From the NCBI GenBank assembly GCA_030324005.1, contig JARDVH010000042.1, positions 47,509,987 to 47,573,986 on the forward strand: a stretch of 64,000 bases of DNA, read 5' to 3'. Below are positions 49,426-62,410 of this stretch, one piece after another; the first letter of the stretch is position 1, and every line of letters begins with the position of its first letter. Source of the stretch: Negaprion brevirostris. Taxonomy: Eukaryota. The notes under the pieces were generated by a model. It saw only the letters and a program-made list of their open reading frames with translations. It ran no database searches and was not told where the DNA came from. The position numbers and the translations under genes were made by a program.

Positions 49426-50053
49426 GCATCCATGAGGTGCTGTGGGCCATCAACAGCAGTGGAATTGTACTCCAGCACAATTTGCAGCCTCATGGCCTGG
49501 CATATCCCCCATTTCAATCATTATCAACAAGCCAGGGGACCAACCATGGTTCAATGGAGAGTGCAGGGGGTCTTGCCAGGAGCAGCACCAGGCATATCTG
49601 AAAATGAGATGTCAGCTGGTGAAGCTACTGTACAGGACTACTTGTGTGCCAAATGGCAAAAACAGCAAATTTAGATCGAAGCGATTCTACAACCAATGAA
49701 TTGGATCAAAGCTTTGCAGTCCTTCCACATCCAGTTGAGGATGGCGATGGACAATTAAACAACTCACTGGAGGAGGAGGCTCCACAAATATCCCCATCCT
49801 TAATAATGGAGGAGTCCAGCACATCAGTGCAAAACATAAGGTTGAAGTATTTGCAGCAATTTTCAGCCAGAGGTAATGAGTTCATGATCTATCTCGGCCT
49901 CCTCTCAGATGTCAGTCTTCAGCCAATTCGATTCTCTCCATTTGATATCAAGANNNNNNNNNNNNNNNNNNNNNNNNNNNNNNNNNNNNNNNNNNNNNNN
50001 NNNNNNNNNNNNNNNNNNNNNNNNNNNNNNNNNNNNNNNNNNNNNNNNNNNNN

Positions 50054-50197
50054 AACCTCAGCTACCCTGGACACTAAGGGACAATTTCTTAGCATGGCCA
50101 ATCAACCTAACCCGCACATCTTTGGACTGCGCGAGGAAACCGGAGTACCCAGAGGAAACCCACACAGACACGAAGAGAATGTGCAAACCCCACACAG
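50054..50197 (-). mobile_element. HE1-like SINE fragment
   Basis: ggacactaagggacaattt..aaccggagtacccagaggaaacccacacagacac. Confidence 0.85.
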
Positions 50198-53100
50198 TTG
50201 ACAGATCTTTTTAAGATATGCCTGGTGCTGCTGCTGGTATGTGCTCCTGCATTCTTCATTGGACCAGTGTTGTTCCCCTGGCTTAAGCGTAAGTGTAGAG
50301 TGGGGGATATGCAGGGCCATATGGTTACTGACTGGTTGAGTACAATTTTGGATAAGAGCTGGGCTTCACTTGCACTAGTCCTGGCTTGAATTTACATGTG
50401 CAAATCACACAAAATCACATTCCATGGCACCAGAAATGGCAATGCAGCCACTGTAGTGGAAACAGCAGACAAACTATATTAACTGGACAATACATAGCCT
50501 CCTGAACTGTGTGCCCACACCAAGGCCAAAGTGCAACACTATTGTGCAGATAAATGTCTAGCACCCAGCATTCATGTTTCAGATTCACTTGCCGATCAGT
50601 ATCTGGCCCCTGAGTCAGCTCACTAAGCTTCACTTAAAGGCACACTTAGATGGAAACTGAAAAGCACAATACAACAGAAAAGGAAGCAGCTCTCATATGT
50701 CTCACCAATCAGGCCATATCATTGCTCCTGGTAAAACCACGTCGAGATGCAGCTCAGCGTGCCACCCTCAATATTACTGGTAAAAAGCTCATTTACATTT
50801 TCTCAATCCTTTTGAGCTCTATATTGTATGTTGGATATTGCAAAGGCAATGGACCCTGATAGCATTCCAACAATAGTAAAAAGAACAAAGAAAATTACAG
50901 CACAGAAACAGGCCCTTCAGCCCTTCAAGCCTGCACCGACCATGCTGCCCGATTACCAATGCGATGTCTGGGGAGTACCGAAGACTTGTGCTCCAGAACT
51001 TGCTGCTCCCCTAGCCAAAATCTTCCAGTATAGTTACAACACTGGCATCTACACAACAAAATGGAAAATTGCCCAGGTATGTCCTATACACAAAAAGCAG
51101 GACAAATCCAACCTGGTTAACTACTGTCCAATCAGTCTACTCTCGATCCTCAGTAAAGTGATGGAAGGGGTCATCAACAGTGCTAGCAGGCAGCACCTGC
51201 TCAGTGATGCTCAGTTTGGGTTTCACCAGAGCCACTCAGCTCCTGACCTCGTCACAGCCTTGGTTCAAACATGGAGCAAAGAGCTGAATTCCAGAGGAGA
51301 GGTGAGAGTGACAGCCCTTGACACCAAGATCGCATTCATCCGAGTGTGGCATCAAGGAGCCCCAGCAAAACTGGAATCAGTGGGTATCAGGGAGAAAATT
51401 TCCACTGGTTGGAGTCATACCTGGTACATAGGAAGATGGTTGTAGTTGTGGACGGTCAGTCGTCTCAGCTCCAGGGTATCTCTGCTGGAGTCCCTCAGGG
51501 TACTATCCTAGGCTCAACAATCTTTAACTGCTTTGTCAATTACCTTCCCTCCATCATAAGGATGTTCGCCGATGATTGCACGATGTTTGGCACTATTTGC
51601 AACTCCTCAGGTACTGGAGCAGTCCATGTTCAAATGCAACAAGATCTGGACAATATCCAGACTTGGACTGACACATGGCAAGTAAAATGCCATGCAATGA
51701 CCATCATCAATAAGAGACCCTCTTGCCACCACCCCTTAACATTCAATGACGTTACCATCACTGAATATCCCACTGTCAACATCCTTGGCGTTAACATTGA
51801 CCAGAAACTCAACTGGACTCACAACATAAACACCGTGGCTACAAGAGCAGGTTGGGGCTAGGAATACTAGAGTGAGTAACTCACCTCCTGACTCCCCAGA
51901 GCCTATCCACCATCTACAAGGCACAAACCAGAAATGTGATTAAATACTCTCCAATTGCCTGAATGGGTGCAGCTCCAACAACACTCAAGGAGCTTGACAC
52001 CATCCAGGACAAAGCAGCCCACTTGATTGGCGTCACATCTACAAACATTCAATCCCTCCACCATGGATGCTCAGTAGCAGCAATGTGTACAATCTACAAG
52101 ATGCACTGCAGCAATTCACCAAAGGTTCTTAGACAGCACCTTCCAAACCCGTGACCACTTGCATCTAGAAGGACAGGGACAGCAAATAAATGGGAACACC
52201 ACATCCTGCAAGTTCCCTTCCAAACCACTCATCATCCTGACTTGGAAATATATCACCGTTCCTTAACAGTTGCTGGGTCTAAATCCTGGAATTCCCCCCC
52301 CTCCCCCCATTAATTGCACTGGGGTCAACCACAGCTGCTGTGGACCACAGCGCTTCAAGAAGGCAGCTCACCATCACCTTCTCAAGGGCAACTAGGGATG
52401 GGCAATAAATGCTGGCCAGCCAATGGCACCCATGTCCCATGGATGAATAAAAGAAAACCATCACCAGATAGAGTTAAACCCAAATGTTTATTATTGATTC
52501 CAGTGTGACAACATATGGCAGAAGAAAGAAGTGACAGTTTTATTGCAGCAGGATCTTGTTTGGAAGTCAGAGTTTTCTTCATTTTTGAGTGGTTATTTTC
52601 ATAATTGTCAATCCATAGAATCTATAGAATCCTACAGTGCAGAAGGAGCCATTCAGCCCATTGAGTCTGCACCGACCACAATCCCACACCCATCATTCAC
52701 TTTTTTGAGTGACTTGACATATATTTTGGGTACTATTCCCACCACTTAAGCGGCACATGTTCACTGATACTTGAACATTTAAACTTATCCTTCAACCATA
52801 ACTACTCTGAGTATATGTGATGTTCCATAGCATTTGCAAAAGTGGCAGAGTACAAAGCAATATGGGATCAATAAGTCAATCCCCAAAAAACAATGGCAGT
52901 AGTCCCAATTTAATATGTCAAACATTCTCTTTTTGTCCCTTCCTATGATACACTTAGCTTTGTTTTGTATCTTTCGGCTCCTGTTCCAGCTTCTGTGCAG
53001 TTGACATTCACTGCACTGAGCAACCGTTTAACCCAATTTTTACCTCCTGCGTACGTCTTTAGAAATAATTGGGATGATTCACTTGCTGTTTGTAGAACCT

Positions 53101-53459
53101 TGTGAGCTGTTTGACTCTTGTGTTTGCGACATTACAATAGTAATTTCATTTCAATAATACTTCATTGGTTGTAGTGAAAAGTGGCACATAATTACAAACT
53201 GTTCTTTCTTGTTATTTGTGCTGAGATCAGGTAAAAGCACAGGTTGAGTCTAAAGTGGCACAATTATAGCAAGTCAACTTTGAGTATAACAAGTTAGCCA
53301 CTTTCATCAGTCCTTGTCCAAAAGGTTCCCAGTTCAGAATTTCATAATCTTAAACAAGTAAAGAGTTACGGATGTCAGAGAATAGTTTTAAACTTCATAT
53401 CCTGGTTACTATTGTGGTTCAACAAGAGGAGTAATAAGTGCTGAGAAATTCATGGACTG

Positions 53460-53755
53460 TAGAATCATAGAAATAGAATCCCCACAGTGCAGAAGGAGGC
53501 CATTCAGCCCATCGAAGCTCCACAGACTACAATCCCACCCAGGCCCTATCCCCAAAGCCCCACATATTTACCCTGTTAATCCTGACACTAAGGGGCAATT
53601 TAGCATCGCCAGTCCACCTAACCTACACATCTTTCGACTGAGGGAGGAAACCCGCACAGACACCGGGAGACTCCACACAGACGGTGATCTGAGGCCAGAA
53701 TTGATCCCATGTCCCTAGCGCTATGAGGCAGCAGTGCTAACCACTGTGCCACCAT
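53460..53755 (-). mobile_element. HE1-like SINE
   Basis: tagaatcatagaa tail through gaggcagcagtgctaaccactgtgccacc head. Confidence 0.9.
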
Positions 53756-56039
53756 ACCAGTACTGAGGAATCCTAAAGAGAAAAAAGGTACTTACCTTTA
53801 AATGGGAGGCTGGNNNNNNNNNNNNNNNNNNNNNNNNNNNNNNNNNNNNNNNNNNNNNNNNNNNNNNNNNNNNNNNNNNNNNNNNNNNNNNNNNNNNNNN
53901 NNNNNNNNNNNNNNNNNNNNNNNNNNNNNNNNNNNNNNNNNNNNNNNNNNNNNNNNNNNNNNNNNNNNNNNNNNNNNNNNNNNNNNNNNNNNNNNNNNNN
54001 NNNNNNNNNNNNNNNNNNNNNNNNNNNNNNNNNNNNNNNNNNNNNNNNNNNNNNNNNNNNNNNNNNNNNNNNNNNNNNNNNNNNNNNNNNNNNNNNNNNN
54101 NNNNNNNNNNNNNNNNNNNNNNNNNNNNNNNNNNNNNNNNNNNNNNNNNNNNNNNNNNNNNNNNNNNNNNNNNNNNNNNNNNNNNNNNNNNNNNNNNNNN
54201 NNNNNNNNNNNNNNNNNNNNNNNNNNNNNNNNNNNNNNNNNNNNNNNNNNNNNNNNNNNNNNNNNNNNNNNNNNNNNNNNNNNNNNNNNNNNNNNNNNNN
54301 NNNNNNNNNNNNNNNNNNNNNNNNNNNNNNNNNNNNNNNNNNNNNNNNNNNNNNNNNNNNNNNNNNNNNNNNNNNNNNNNNNNNNNNNNNNNNNNNNNNN
54401 NNNNNNNNNNNNNNNNNNNNNNNNNNNNNNNNNNNNNNNNNNNNNNNNNNNNNNNNNNNNNNNNNNNNNNNNNNNNNNNNNNNNNNNNNNNTTCCCGCTG
54501 AAGAAAAATATTGAAGGAAGTGAAATAGTATGAAACGAAGGTTGATAACCAGGAATAGGTGCACCATTCCTTAGAAGGTGCCCCAGTGAACAGGAAACAG
54601 GAAGCCGATGGGGCGAAAGTGCCAAACAAAGAAGATCCCAAACCAGGAAATGGAACAGGAAGAATCCACAAGAGAAGTGTCTATGGGACAAGGATAGGAA
54701 TCTGAAGGAAGTTCAGTATAGTCAAGTTAAAAGTAAGGAGCAGAGGCAAAGATCCTAAATTAAAGTGACAGAGCTACAGCAAGCAGACTTGGAGCAAAGT
54801 GGGCTTGAGAAAAGCCAGAAGAAAGAAGTAGGCAGCTGAAAAGTGGTGATTTCTCTCTAGGGGCCTTCAATGCAATGCTGTTCTGCTTGGCACAGCCGAA
54901 TATCTGAGAGTGTGCTTGAAAGCTGAAGCTTAAATGCACATAGAAACCCATAGGAAAGGAACATTGGAAGGAGCGATTAAAGCATGAGAACATTCAACAA
55001 TCAACTTACTGTCGAAACCAGACAGGCCCGGAACTGCCCGGCCAAGTGCTAACAGCCACATTGTTTCAACACGAACCGTGGTTTACACCTCCAGTGAACA
55101 TGCTTTTTTAGAAGAATGCCATGCAGACTTGGTGGCACACAGCTCAGCTGGAGATCAGAGGAACAGAATGATATGGCAGCACTTGACAGTTGAAAGTTCA
55201 AAGCCATGTCCTTCAACCTCAAATATAGAAAGTAGTCACCTCATTTGATCTTGCTGCCCCCTGCTAGTATTGGACACAAGCCACAGAATCTTTGAGAAGG
55301 GTGTGGAGAAGGAGATAAAATGAGCCCCAGCTCTCTCTGCCTTCTGTACCTTCTTCAGCTGCGTTTCCAGAGAGCACCTTCGACTGGCAGTTGAGCAGCA
55401 CAGCATCTCCAGCTCTTTGTATCTCATGGTAAGCATCATCAGGCTGACCAGACCCAGCAGACCACCTTGATGAGACGGCCCGAAGACCAGATGAAAGGGA
55501 AGCCCAAATCAATGACTACAGATCCTGAAACATCAACCAATGTTCAGAGCCTGAGGTATAGCCTGTCTTAGCCTTATTGAATGGGTATTGCTAGTCTTTT
55601 CAAACAAACAGTTCAAATATAGTGATAGAGACCTGTAGTTAGGATGCAGCAAATTCTCGGAAGTATGTGTCGGAAGTAGATAATTAGTCCGGATTTAACA
55701 CTGCTTACTTGGAGATTTAACATTGTTTACGGAAGAGTCCTGTGAAGAGATTGAATATTGTTTTTCCTGAATAAAGTGTTCAAATGCAGCTCAATAGCAC
55801 AGTTTATAACCCCTTCCATCACTTTGCTGATGATCCAGAGTAGAATGTGGGATGGTAATTGGCTAGGTTGCATTTATCCTGCATTTTGTGTACAGGATGC
55901 GCATGGGCAATTTTACATCTTGCTGGGTAGATGCCAGGATTGTAGCTGTACTGGANNNNNNNNNNTGGAACAACATGGCTATGTCCCAGCTTCTCTGATT
56001 AGTCCACATTACTGAGGTCCCTTATCTTTGGAACTATTC

Positions 56040-57715
56040 TCTCATTTCTGCAGCCTCTCTAAAGCCTCTCTGTCTTCCTAAAGTGTGCTGCCCCCAAATT
56101 GGACATTAAGTTCCAGCTGAGGCTTACCCAGTGCTTTATAAAAGTTATTTATAACTCCCTTGTTTTTCTACTATATAGATCAGGCTTCTCTCTAGCGATG
56201 GAAGCGGAACTGGGGGTCAGGATTTACAAATTCTAGGTTTTTTGCAGTATTTCTAAATTTGCAGTGCCTTCCCAGCACTGTGCTATTTAGTGTGGCCTTT
56301 TTGTAGGTCAGGAAGACCTTGGATCTTCCTCTTCTGAGGAAAATTGCTATTTTGACCATAAAGGAAATTTGAATTTCCTTTCTCCTCCCAGCAGCATTCT
56401 TTTGTGTTCTGCTGCAGGTTTTGTAAGACCTGAAATAGCCTGCTTCATTGGAGAGTTTGAGGTCACTGGCGGAAGCCTGCTGTAGAGTGGAGAACATTCT
56501 GACAGCCAAGTATGAAATATTTCAACAATTTCAAACATTATTATGAGACATTGTATTGGAAAGTAGATCTAAGTCTAGACTATTAATGTAATTCATGAAA
56601 AGCTATGACCCTAATATTGACCCCACTAAATACATTCTTCCAGTTTAAAGAAACAGCACACTGTTTTCTGCCATTCAGCCAACTTTCTGTCTCTGCTGCC
56701 GCTGATCTATTTTATTCCGTAAGTGTTAACTTGTCTGACAAGCCTATTATGTTGCACTTTATCTATTGCTTTTTGGGTGTCTTTGAATGCTACAACAATT
56801 GCATTGCCCTCATCAACTCTTGCTGTTATCTCAACTGTTTGTCTCAACAATCTCCTCTTTCGCTAGAACTTTGGCAATATCTTCTTTCTAAGTAAAGATA
56901 ATTCAAAGGTCTCACTTAGTATCTCAGCTATGCCTTCAGCCTCCGTATATCAATTTTCTTTATGCACCACTACTGGCTCTGCTCCAATTTTTGCCACCCT
57001 TTCACTATTTATAGGCCTATTGAAGATTTTTTGAATTCTCTTTTATGTTGGCTGTCGGTCTCCTACACTCTTTCCACATTGAATTTATTTCTTTTTTCAG
57101 TTCTCCTCTGAACTTTCTATATTCATATAGTTGCTTTGGAGTACAGATCTTGAGTATTGTTGAAAAAAGAGGAATGCTGTGAAAGTTTTACATCTTGTAT
57201 GCATCAGGACAGATGCAAGAATACCAAATCTCAAGAATGTAAGAAAAATGTGTTGATTGTTTGGCACGTGGATTCTGATTAATAGGTGCATTGCCATGAA
57301 GAATGTACCAGAGAACTGTTAACTACCAAGCTCAAATCAGCCTGGTTCTATATTCAACCTGCTTCTCCCTTCTATTTTCAACCTGACATTTGTCATATGC
57401 ATCTTTTGACTGCTTCACCTCGCTCTCTATCTCTTTCACTTTATAGGGAGCTTTGGTGTTTTTTGTCCTACCTGTCACCCTTGGTGGAAATGTACCTCAA
57501 CTTTGCACAAACATCTTGAAAGGCAGCTCTTTGTTCAGTTATAGTTTTGCCTGTCAATCTGTGATTCCAAAATATCTGGGCCAGATCCATTTCCACCCCA
57601 ATGCAGTTGGTTCTCTCAATTAATTATTTTTTTCTCTAGGTTGCTTGTCATTTTCCATAGCCAAACTAAATCTTATGATTGTATTTTCATGGTCCCCTAA
57701 ATGATCCCCTGCTGA
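56040..57715 (-). mobile_element. Old fragmented CR1 LINE pieces with unrelated inserts
   Basis: RT-end similarity at 56040-56170 and weak endonuclease/linker similarity at 56580-57715. Confidence 0.5.
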
Positions 57716-57719
57716 CACA

Positions 57720-59200
57720 TAGGGCTGAATATTGCAGGTCATCCGTGGGTGGGAAATTAGGCAGGTGGACGCATAAATTGGGGTGCATTGTGATTAGCAG
57801 AGACCTGTCTGCCCTGCCCACACTACAATTTTACAAGAGGCAGTGTTGGGCCTCGGATAAGTCCATGCTCGAAATGAGGCCACTAGCTGTGGCAATACCT
57901 CCAAAAATGAATGCAGGATCTTGTGTAAGATTAACTCACACATGTCAATGACAATGTAAGCAGCGAGTAAACTCAAGCTGTCTGCTGTTTTAATTGATTT
58001 CATTGTCAATTGTGTGCCAGCACTATCTGCACTGTTGATTGGCCAGACACCTCGACAAGGAGTTAATATTGCGAGCGGCAATACGTGAGAGCTGAATCCA
58101 ATTTGGAAAAAGAACAGGGGAATGGGACAATATGGGAAAGAGCAGATTCCAATGTTTTCAGATGCCATGCTGGAAGTCTGGGCGGAGGAGGGAGCCTCGA
58201 CAGAAGGCCAGGACGATCTTGGATGCAAAAGAAGAAGTCAGTGGGAGCAGGTAACCATGAAGGTTGATGGCTGGATTTAAGTCCTGAGTAACTGAATGTT
58301 GTGCAATATGAAGTTCAATGAACTCGGTCAAGTGGTGTGGCAACACCAGTGAATACATCTTTAAATGCCACTTTCTACCTACTGTGCTATGAGCCTCAGA
58401 ATTTACACAATTCATCACCCTCCCTATCACTGACTGCTAACAACTGCTTTCAAACAGCACTCAGACCTGGCATTTATCTGCTATGCTGTGCTTTCATATA
58501 GTTAGTATTTTTGCAGCCCTCACACGTAGACTACACAGTTTACACACACTGCTCAATATTCAACAACAGCCATATCAGCCAAAATGTACATGATGCTCAT
58601 TAGCACAATTGCCTCTCTCTTGTAAGACAAAGTGGCACACAGCTGGAGGCAGTAGAGCTAACTGGAGAACAGACATTGCAGCATCTAATGACCCCCATAG
58701 ACAGTACTGGCCAGAATTTGGACCCTCATAGCTGAAGTTGTGCCCTGCAGCAGGGTTGATGTTGTCCTCATAGCTAATCCTCCTTACATTCATCTAATGT
58801 CATAATTTGGTTTGATGTACAACCTGTAGACTGTGTAAAATGTGCCTCTTATCTCCCACTGTCTCTATACCATAATTGTACCCTTGTGCCTCTCTCCTTT
58901 CAGGAAAGAAACTCAAGAACTACAGCCTGTCTAGGCCAGAGAGTGATAATAAGTCACTCAATATCACACTTGCAGCCAGCAGCTCAAATAATGGCACTGC
59001 ATATAGTTTAGAGTGTAGGTTAGATGCTGGATTTGCACATGATGAGCCATTGGGCATGTGTACACAGCAGCCAAAGCATTAGGAATGGGTAGGACCAGTG
59101 CCAACTCACTAGGGGGCAAGACTTCACAATCTTGACCACTCTGAAACCTAATTGATATGGACACTGGGTACCTTGATTATTAAAATTAGTCTTTTGAGTT
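57720..59200 (+). mobile_element. Degenerate PIF/Harbinger remnant with Myb/SANT-like ORF
   Basis: gggctgaatatt start resembles local MITE TIRs; PMFSDAMLEVWAEE..QWEQVTMKV..CNMKFNEL (58122-58325) fits the Myb/SANT-like (MSANTD) pattern; right boundary is a guess. Confidence 0.6.
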
Positions 59201-59716
59201 CAATTAATAGTCACGAAACTGGTACTTAACAAATGGTAGGAGTCAATAGCATGTGAAGGAATGCAGTTATAAATACAGTGGATAAGAGAATACAGGTATA
59301 AATCTGGAGTTATAAGATTAAAATAGTGATTCTACAACAAGGTAGGGATTAAAAATTAAAAATGGAGTTAACCTGCTGGATGGAGGTTTGAAAGTTTGTA
59401 GACATGCCTCAACATAATTGTATTCTGAAGGACACCAACATCCTGTAGTATAGAATATGGTATATTCTCTAACACAAGGCAGCCATGAAAAAACGGAGGA
59501 ATTGCTACCGTGCATCTTGTAGATGGATACACACTGCTGCCTGNNNNNNNNNNNNNNNNNNNNNNNNNNNNNNNNNNNNNNNNNNNNNNNNNNNNNNNNN
59601 NNNNNNNNNNNNNNNNNNNNNNNNNNNNNNNNNNNNNNNNNNNGATGACCAGGAATTGGCAGTCAGAAATTGGAATTTGAGTGTTTGCTTCAGGTAGGAC
59701 CAGATGTCACTGTGGA

Positions 59717-59907
59717 AAAAGTAAGAAGTCTCACAACACCATGTTAAAGTTCAACAGGTTTATATGGAATCACGAGCTTTCAGAGCGCTGTTCCTTCCTT
59801 GGTTGTGTCCTGATGAAAGCTTGTGATTCCATATAAACCTGTTGGACTTTAACCTGGTGGTGTCAAACTTTTACTGTGCCCACTCCAGTCCAACACTGGC
59901 ATCTCCA
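59717..59907. mobile_element. Short hairpin Penelope-derived insertion (family of 10208-11001)
   Basis: Inverted arms aacaggtttatatggaatcac / gtgattccatataaacctgtt; cactgtgga at 59708-59716 and 59908-59916. Confidence 0.85.
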
Positions 59908-60314
59908 CACTGTGGAGAGAAAAATAGAGTTGACATTTTAGGTCAATAGCTCTTCATCAGAATTGATGAAAACTCATTGACTCAAAATGTTAACATTGTT
60001 TCTGTCTCCTCAGATGCTACCAAACCTGCTGGGTGTTTCCAGTGCTTCCTGTATTTTGCCTTTGTTCCGTTTTGAGGTGCCATGGTGCCATTCAGCAACA
60101 ACTGGTAGCATTAAGACAATTGTTTTCCAATAACCTGATGCCACAGATCATAGAATCCTTGCAGTGTAGAAGGAGGTCATTCGGCCCATCAAATCTGCAC
60201 CAACTACAATCCCATCCAGGCCCTATCCAGGCGAAACACCTCCGTTCAGTCCATAAGCATAACCTTGAGTTTCCTGCAGCTTGTCATAGATTGTATCATA
60301 GAGTCCCAATGATT

Positions 60315-60622
60315 GTATCATAGAGTGCAAAAGGAGGCCATTTGGCCCATTGGGTCTCCACCAACCACAATCCCATATAGGCCCCATCCCCATAAACCCC
60401 TTGCATTTACCCAAGTTAGTCCCCTGATGCCAAGGGGCAATTTAGCATGGCCAATCCACCCAACCTACACTTCTTTAGAATATGCGAAGGAACCAGAGCA
60501 CCCGGAGGAAATCCACGCAGACACGGGGAGAACATGCAAACTCCACACAGGTAGTGACCCGAAGCCAGAATCGAACCTGGGTCTGTGACTCCGTGAGGCA
60601 GCAGTGCTAACCACTGTGCCGC
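60315..60622 (-). mobile_element. Full-length HE1-like SINE
   Basis: Complete head, core and tail. Confidence 0.9.
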
Positions 60623-60944
60623 CTCCTGGAATCATCTGAGATTTCTCAATGAAATTATTTCCTGGTAACTGTTCCACAAGTGACCTATCTGTTTATTGCT
60701 CTTCTATTGTGTTATGCTTAAGTCCCAGGTCCAAAGGCAGAAATCCATTGCTAAAGCTTCAACTCTACCAACTCAAATTCTCCTTGGAAATCATTTAGTA
60801 CAATATTACAAAGCACCCGGCCTCCAATAGTTCACTGTCATTTACTCTTTAACTGACTGTTGGTCTCAACAACATCACCAATTTAGTTTTCTAAAACTCT
60901 GTTTCTTTTTCAAAGTTTTGCTGTCCCTTCTACATGGCAACATC

Positions 60945-62142
60945 CGGTGTCGTAGCTAAGGCAGGGATGCACGGGGAGCGACCGTTCCCTCTGAGCACAT
61001 TTTTCAGAAGTGGCGCCTTTTATACTCACTAACTCCTGCCCACACACAACCTCCTGACTGACCGCTCAATGAACCAATCCGGAGCACGGTCCCTCACCCA
61101 ATAACTGACATGTTTACGGAGAGGCTGGAACCTGTGTTGGGAATGTTCATAACCTCGGATCTGAATGGCAGAAACACACATGTAAGGTGCAGTGAGGTGA
61201 GTGGATAAACACACCAGTACTCGTTTGTTAACTACACTATCTTTTAATTCAGTCACAAAGTTGAGCCAGAAGTGATGAAGTTGAAATGTCCCATTTCTCT
61301 GTTGAAATTAACTATCTCGCAGCACTCCTGACATTATAGTGTCAGAGAGAAATATTCATTGTCCTTCCTACCGTCTGCAAGTGTCCACACAAGGGTATTT
61401 TGAATGCCTTTTGAACTTCGTGCATGGAATTCATTAATTACAGCCTACCTGTGATTATTGATTATTTTAAAAAATGTACATTTTGTGGTTATACATTGTG
61501 GTTTATGGGGAAGACCCACACCCAACCCCCGACAGCTCGGTAAACCAATCAGGAGCACGGCTCCTCACTCAATAACTCCCACCCACACACAACCCTCTGA
61601 CTGACAGCTCAATAAGCCAATCCGGAGCACAGCCCCTCACTCACTAACTCCCGCCCACAACAGCCCCCTAATTGACAGCTTGATAAACCAATCCTAGGAC
61701 GATATGTCACCCCTCCCCCCACTCCACCAATCCGATACATGGGATCTCACTTAGTGCTGACTGACAGCTGAGTTCACCAATCACAGCACAGCGCATCCAC
61801 AAGCTCTGCCAATCCGGACATGGCTCCTCAGCCCCGCTCCGTCAGTGGGGCAGCCCAGTCTACAGATGAACATCGGGATTCAGCAGTAGTCATTTTTCAG
61901 AAGTGGCATCTTTTCAAAAATATATGTTTTTTCAAAGGAAAGAAATTAAATTACTGAGAAAAGAATAGTTGTTTTGCATGCGATGTGATGACGCCAGACT
62001 GTGATGATGTCAGTGTGGGTGGGGCCTGGACAGGGCAGGCGGGGATTGATGGAATAATAATGAGAGGGGTGTCATTTTTTATTTTGCGGTGCTTTTCTTA
62101 TGTGCTCGCTCCCCCTAACCTTCTAACCTGGCTACTCCACTG
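60945..62142. mobile_element. Putative non-autonomous hAT-like element with internal tandem repeats
   Basis: Ends cggtgtcgtagctaag / cctggctactccactg (11/16 inverted match); no 8-bp TSD seen. Confidence 0.45.
61515..61820 (+). repeat. Degenerate ~72-bp tandem repeat carrying TGACAG and CCAAT motifs; one detached copy at 61025-61105
   Basis: CCAAT at 61545, 61617, 61688 with shared ggagcac and cactcactaactcc blocks. Confidence 0.8.
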
Positions 62143-62410
62143 CTGCTGCCATTGTGCCCTGGTGGTGGATGGGGTGCCAGTCAAGTGGGCTGCTTTGTCC
62201 TGGATGTTGTCCAGTTTTTTGAATGTTGTTGGAGCTGTGCTCATCCAGGCAAATGGAAAGTGTTCCATTACACTCCTGATTTGTATGTGTACATGGAGTT
62301 AGGAGGTGAGTTATCCGTCTCAGAATATCCAGCCTTAATACCTGCTCTTCTAGCTACAGTATTTATATGACTGTCCATTTCAGTTTCTGATTAATGGTAA
62401 CTGCCACGAT
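62143..62410 (-). mobile_element. CR1-group LINE fragment (family of 40157-52457)
   Basis: gggctgctttgtcctggatgttgtccagttttttgaatgttgttggagctg is the reverse complement of the 51970-52020 region. Confidence 0.8.

Larger units (their letters stand above)
40157..52457 (+). mobile_element. Near-full-length degenerate CR1-group LINE (tRNA-like head, AP endonuclease, RT, 3' tail), split by the ERV, SINEs and a gap
   Basis: QPDIVILTESYL (~40641), DFNVH (~40982), SDH (~41310); resumes at 49431; RT YCPISLLS..SKVME, QFGF, GVPQG.ILG, MFADD (~51561); tail ends atgaataaaagaaaa. Confidence 0.9.

Noticed and set aside
50828-51861. 205- and 171-aa ORFs as a functional RT gene
   Set aside because: Frameshifted LINE pieces; the first stays open only because a ~100-nt CR1 tail insertion keeps the frame
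56192-56509. 105-aa minus-strand ORF between CR1 fragments
   Set aside because: No recognisable motif or convincing splice sites
61515-61820. CRISPR-like array
   Set aside because: Vertebrate context; whole units are homologous with no unique spacers and no cas genes
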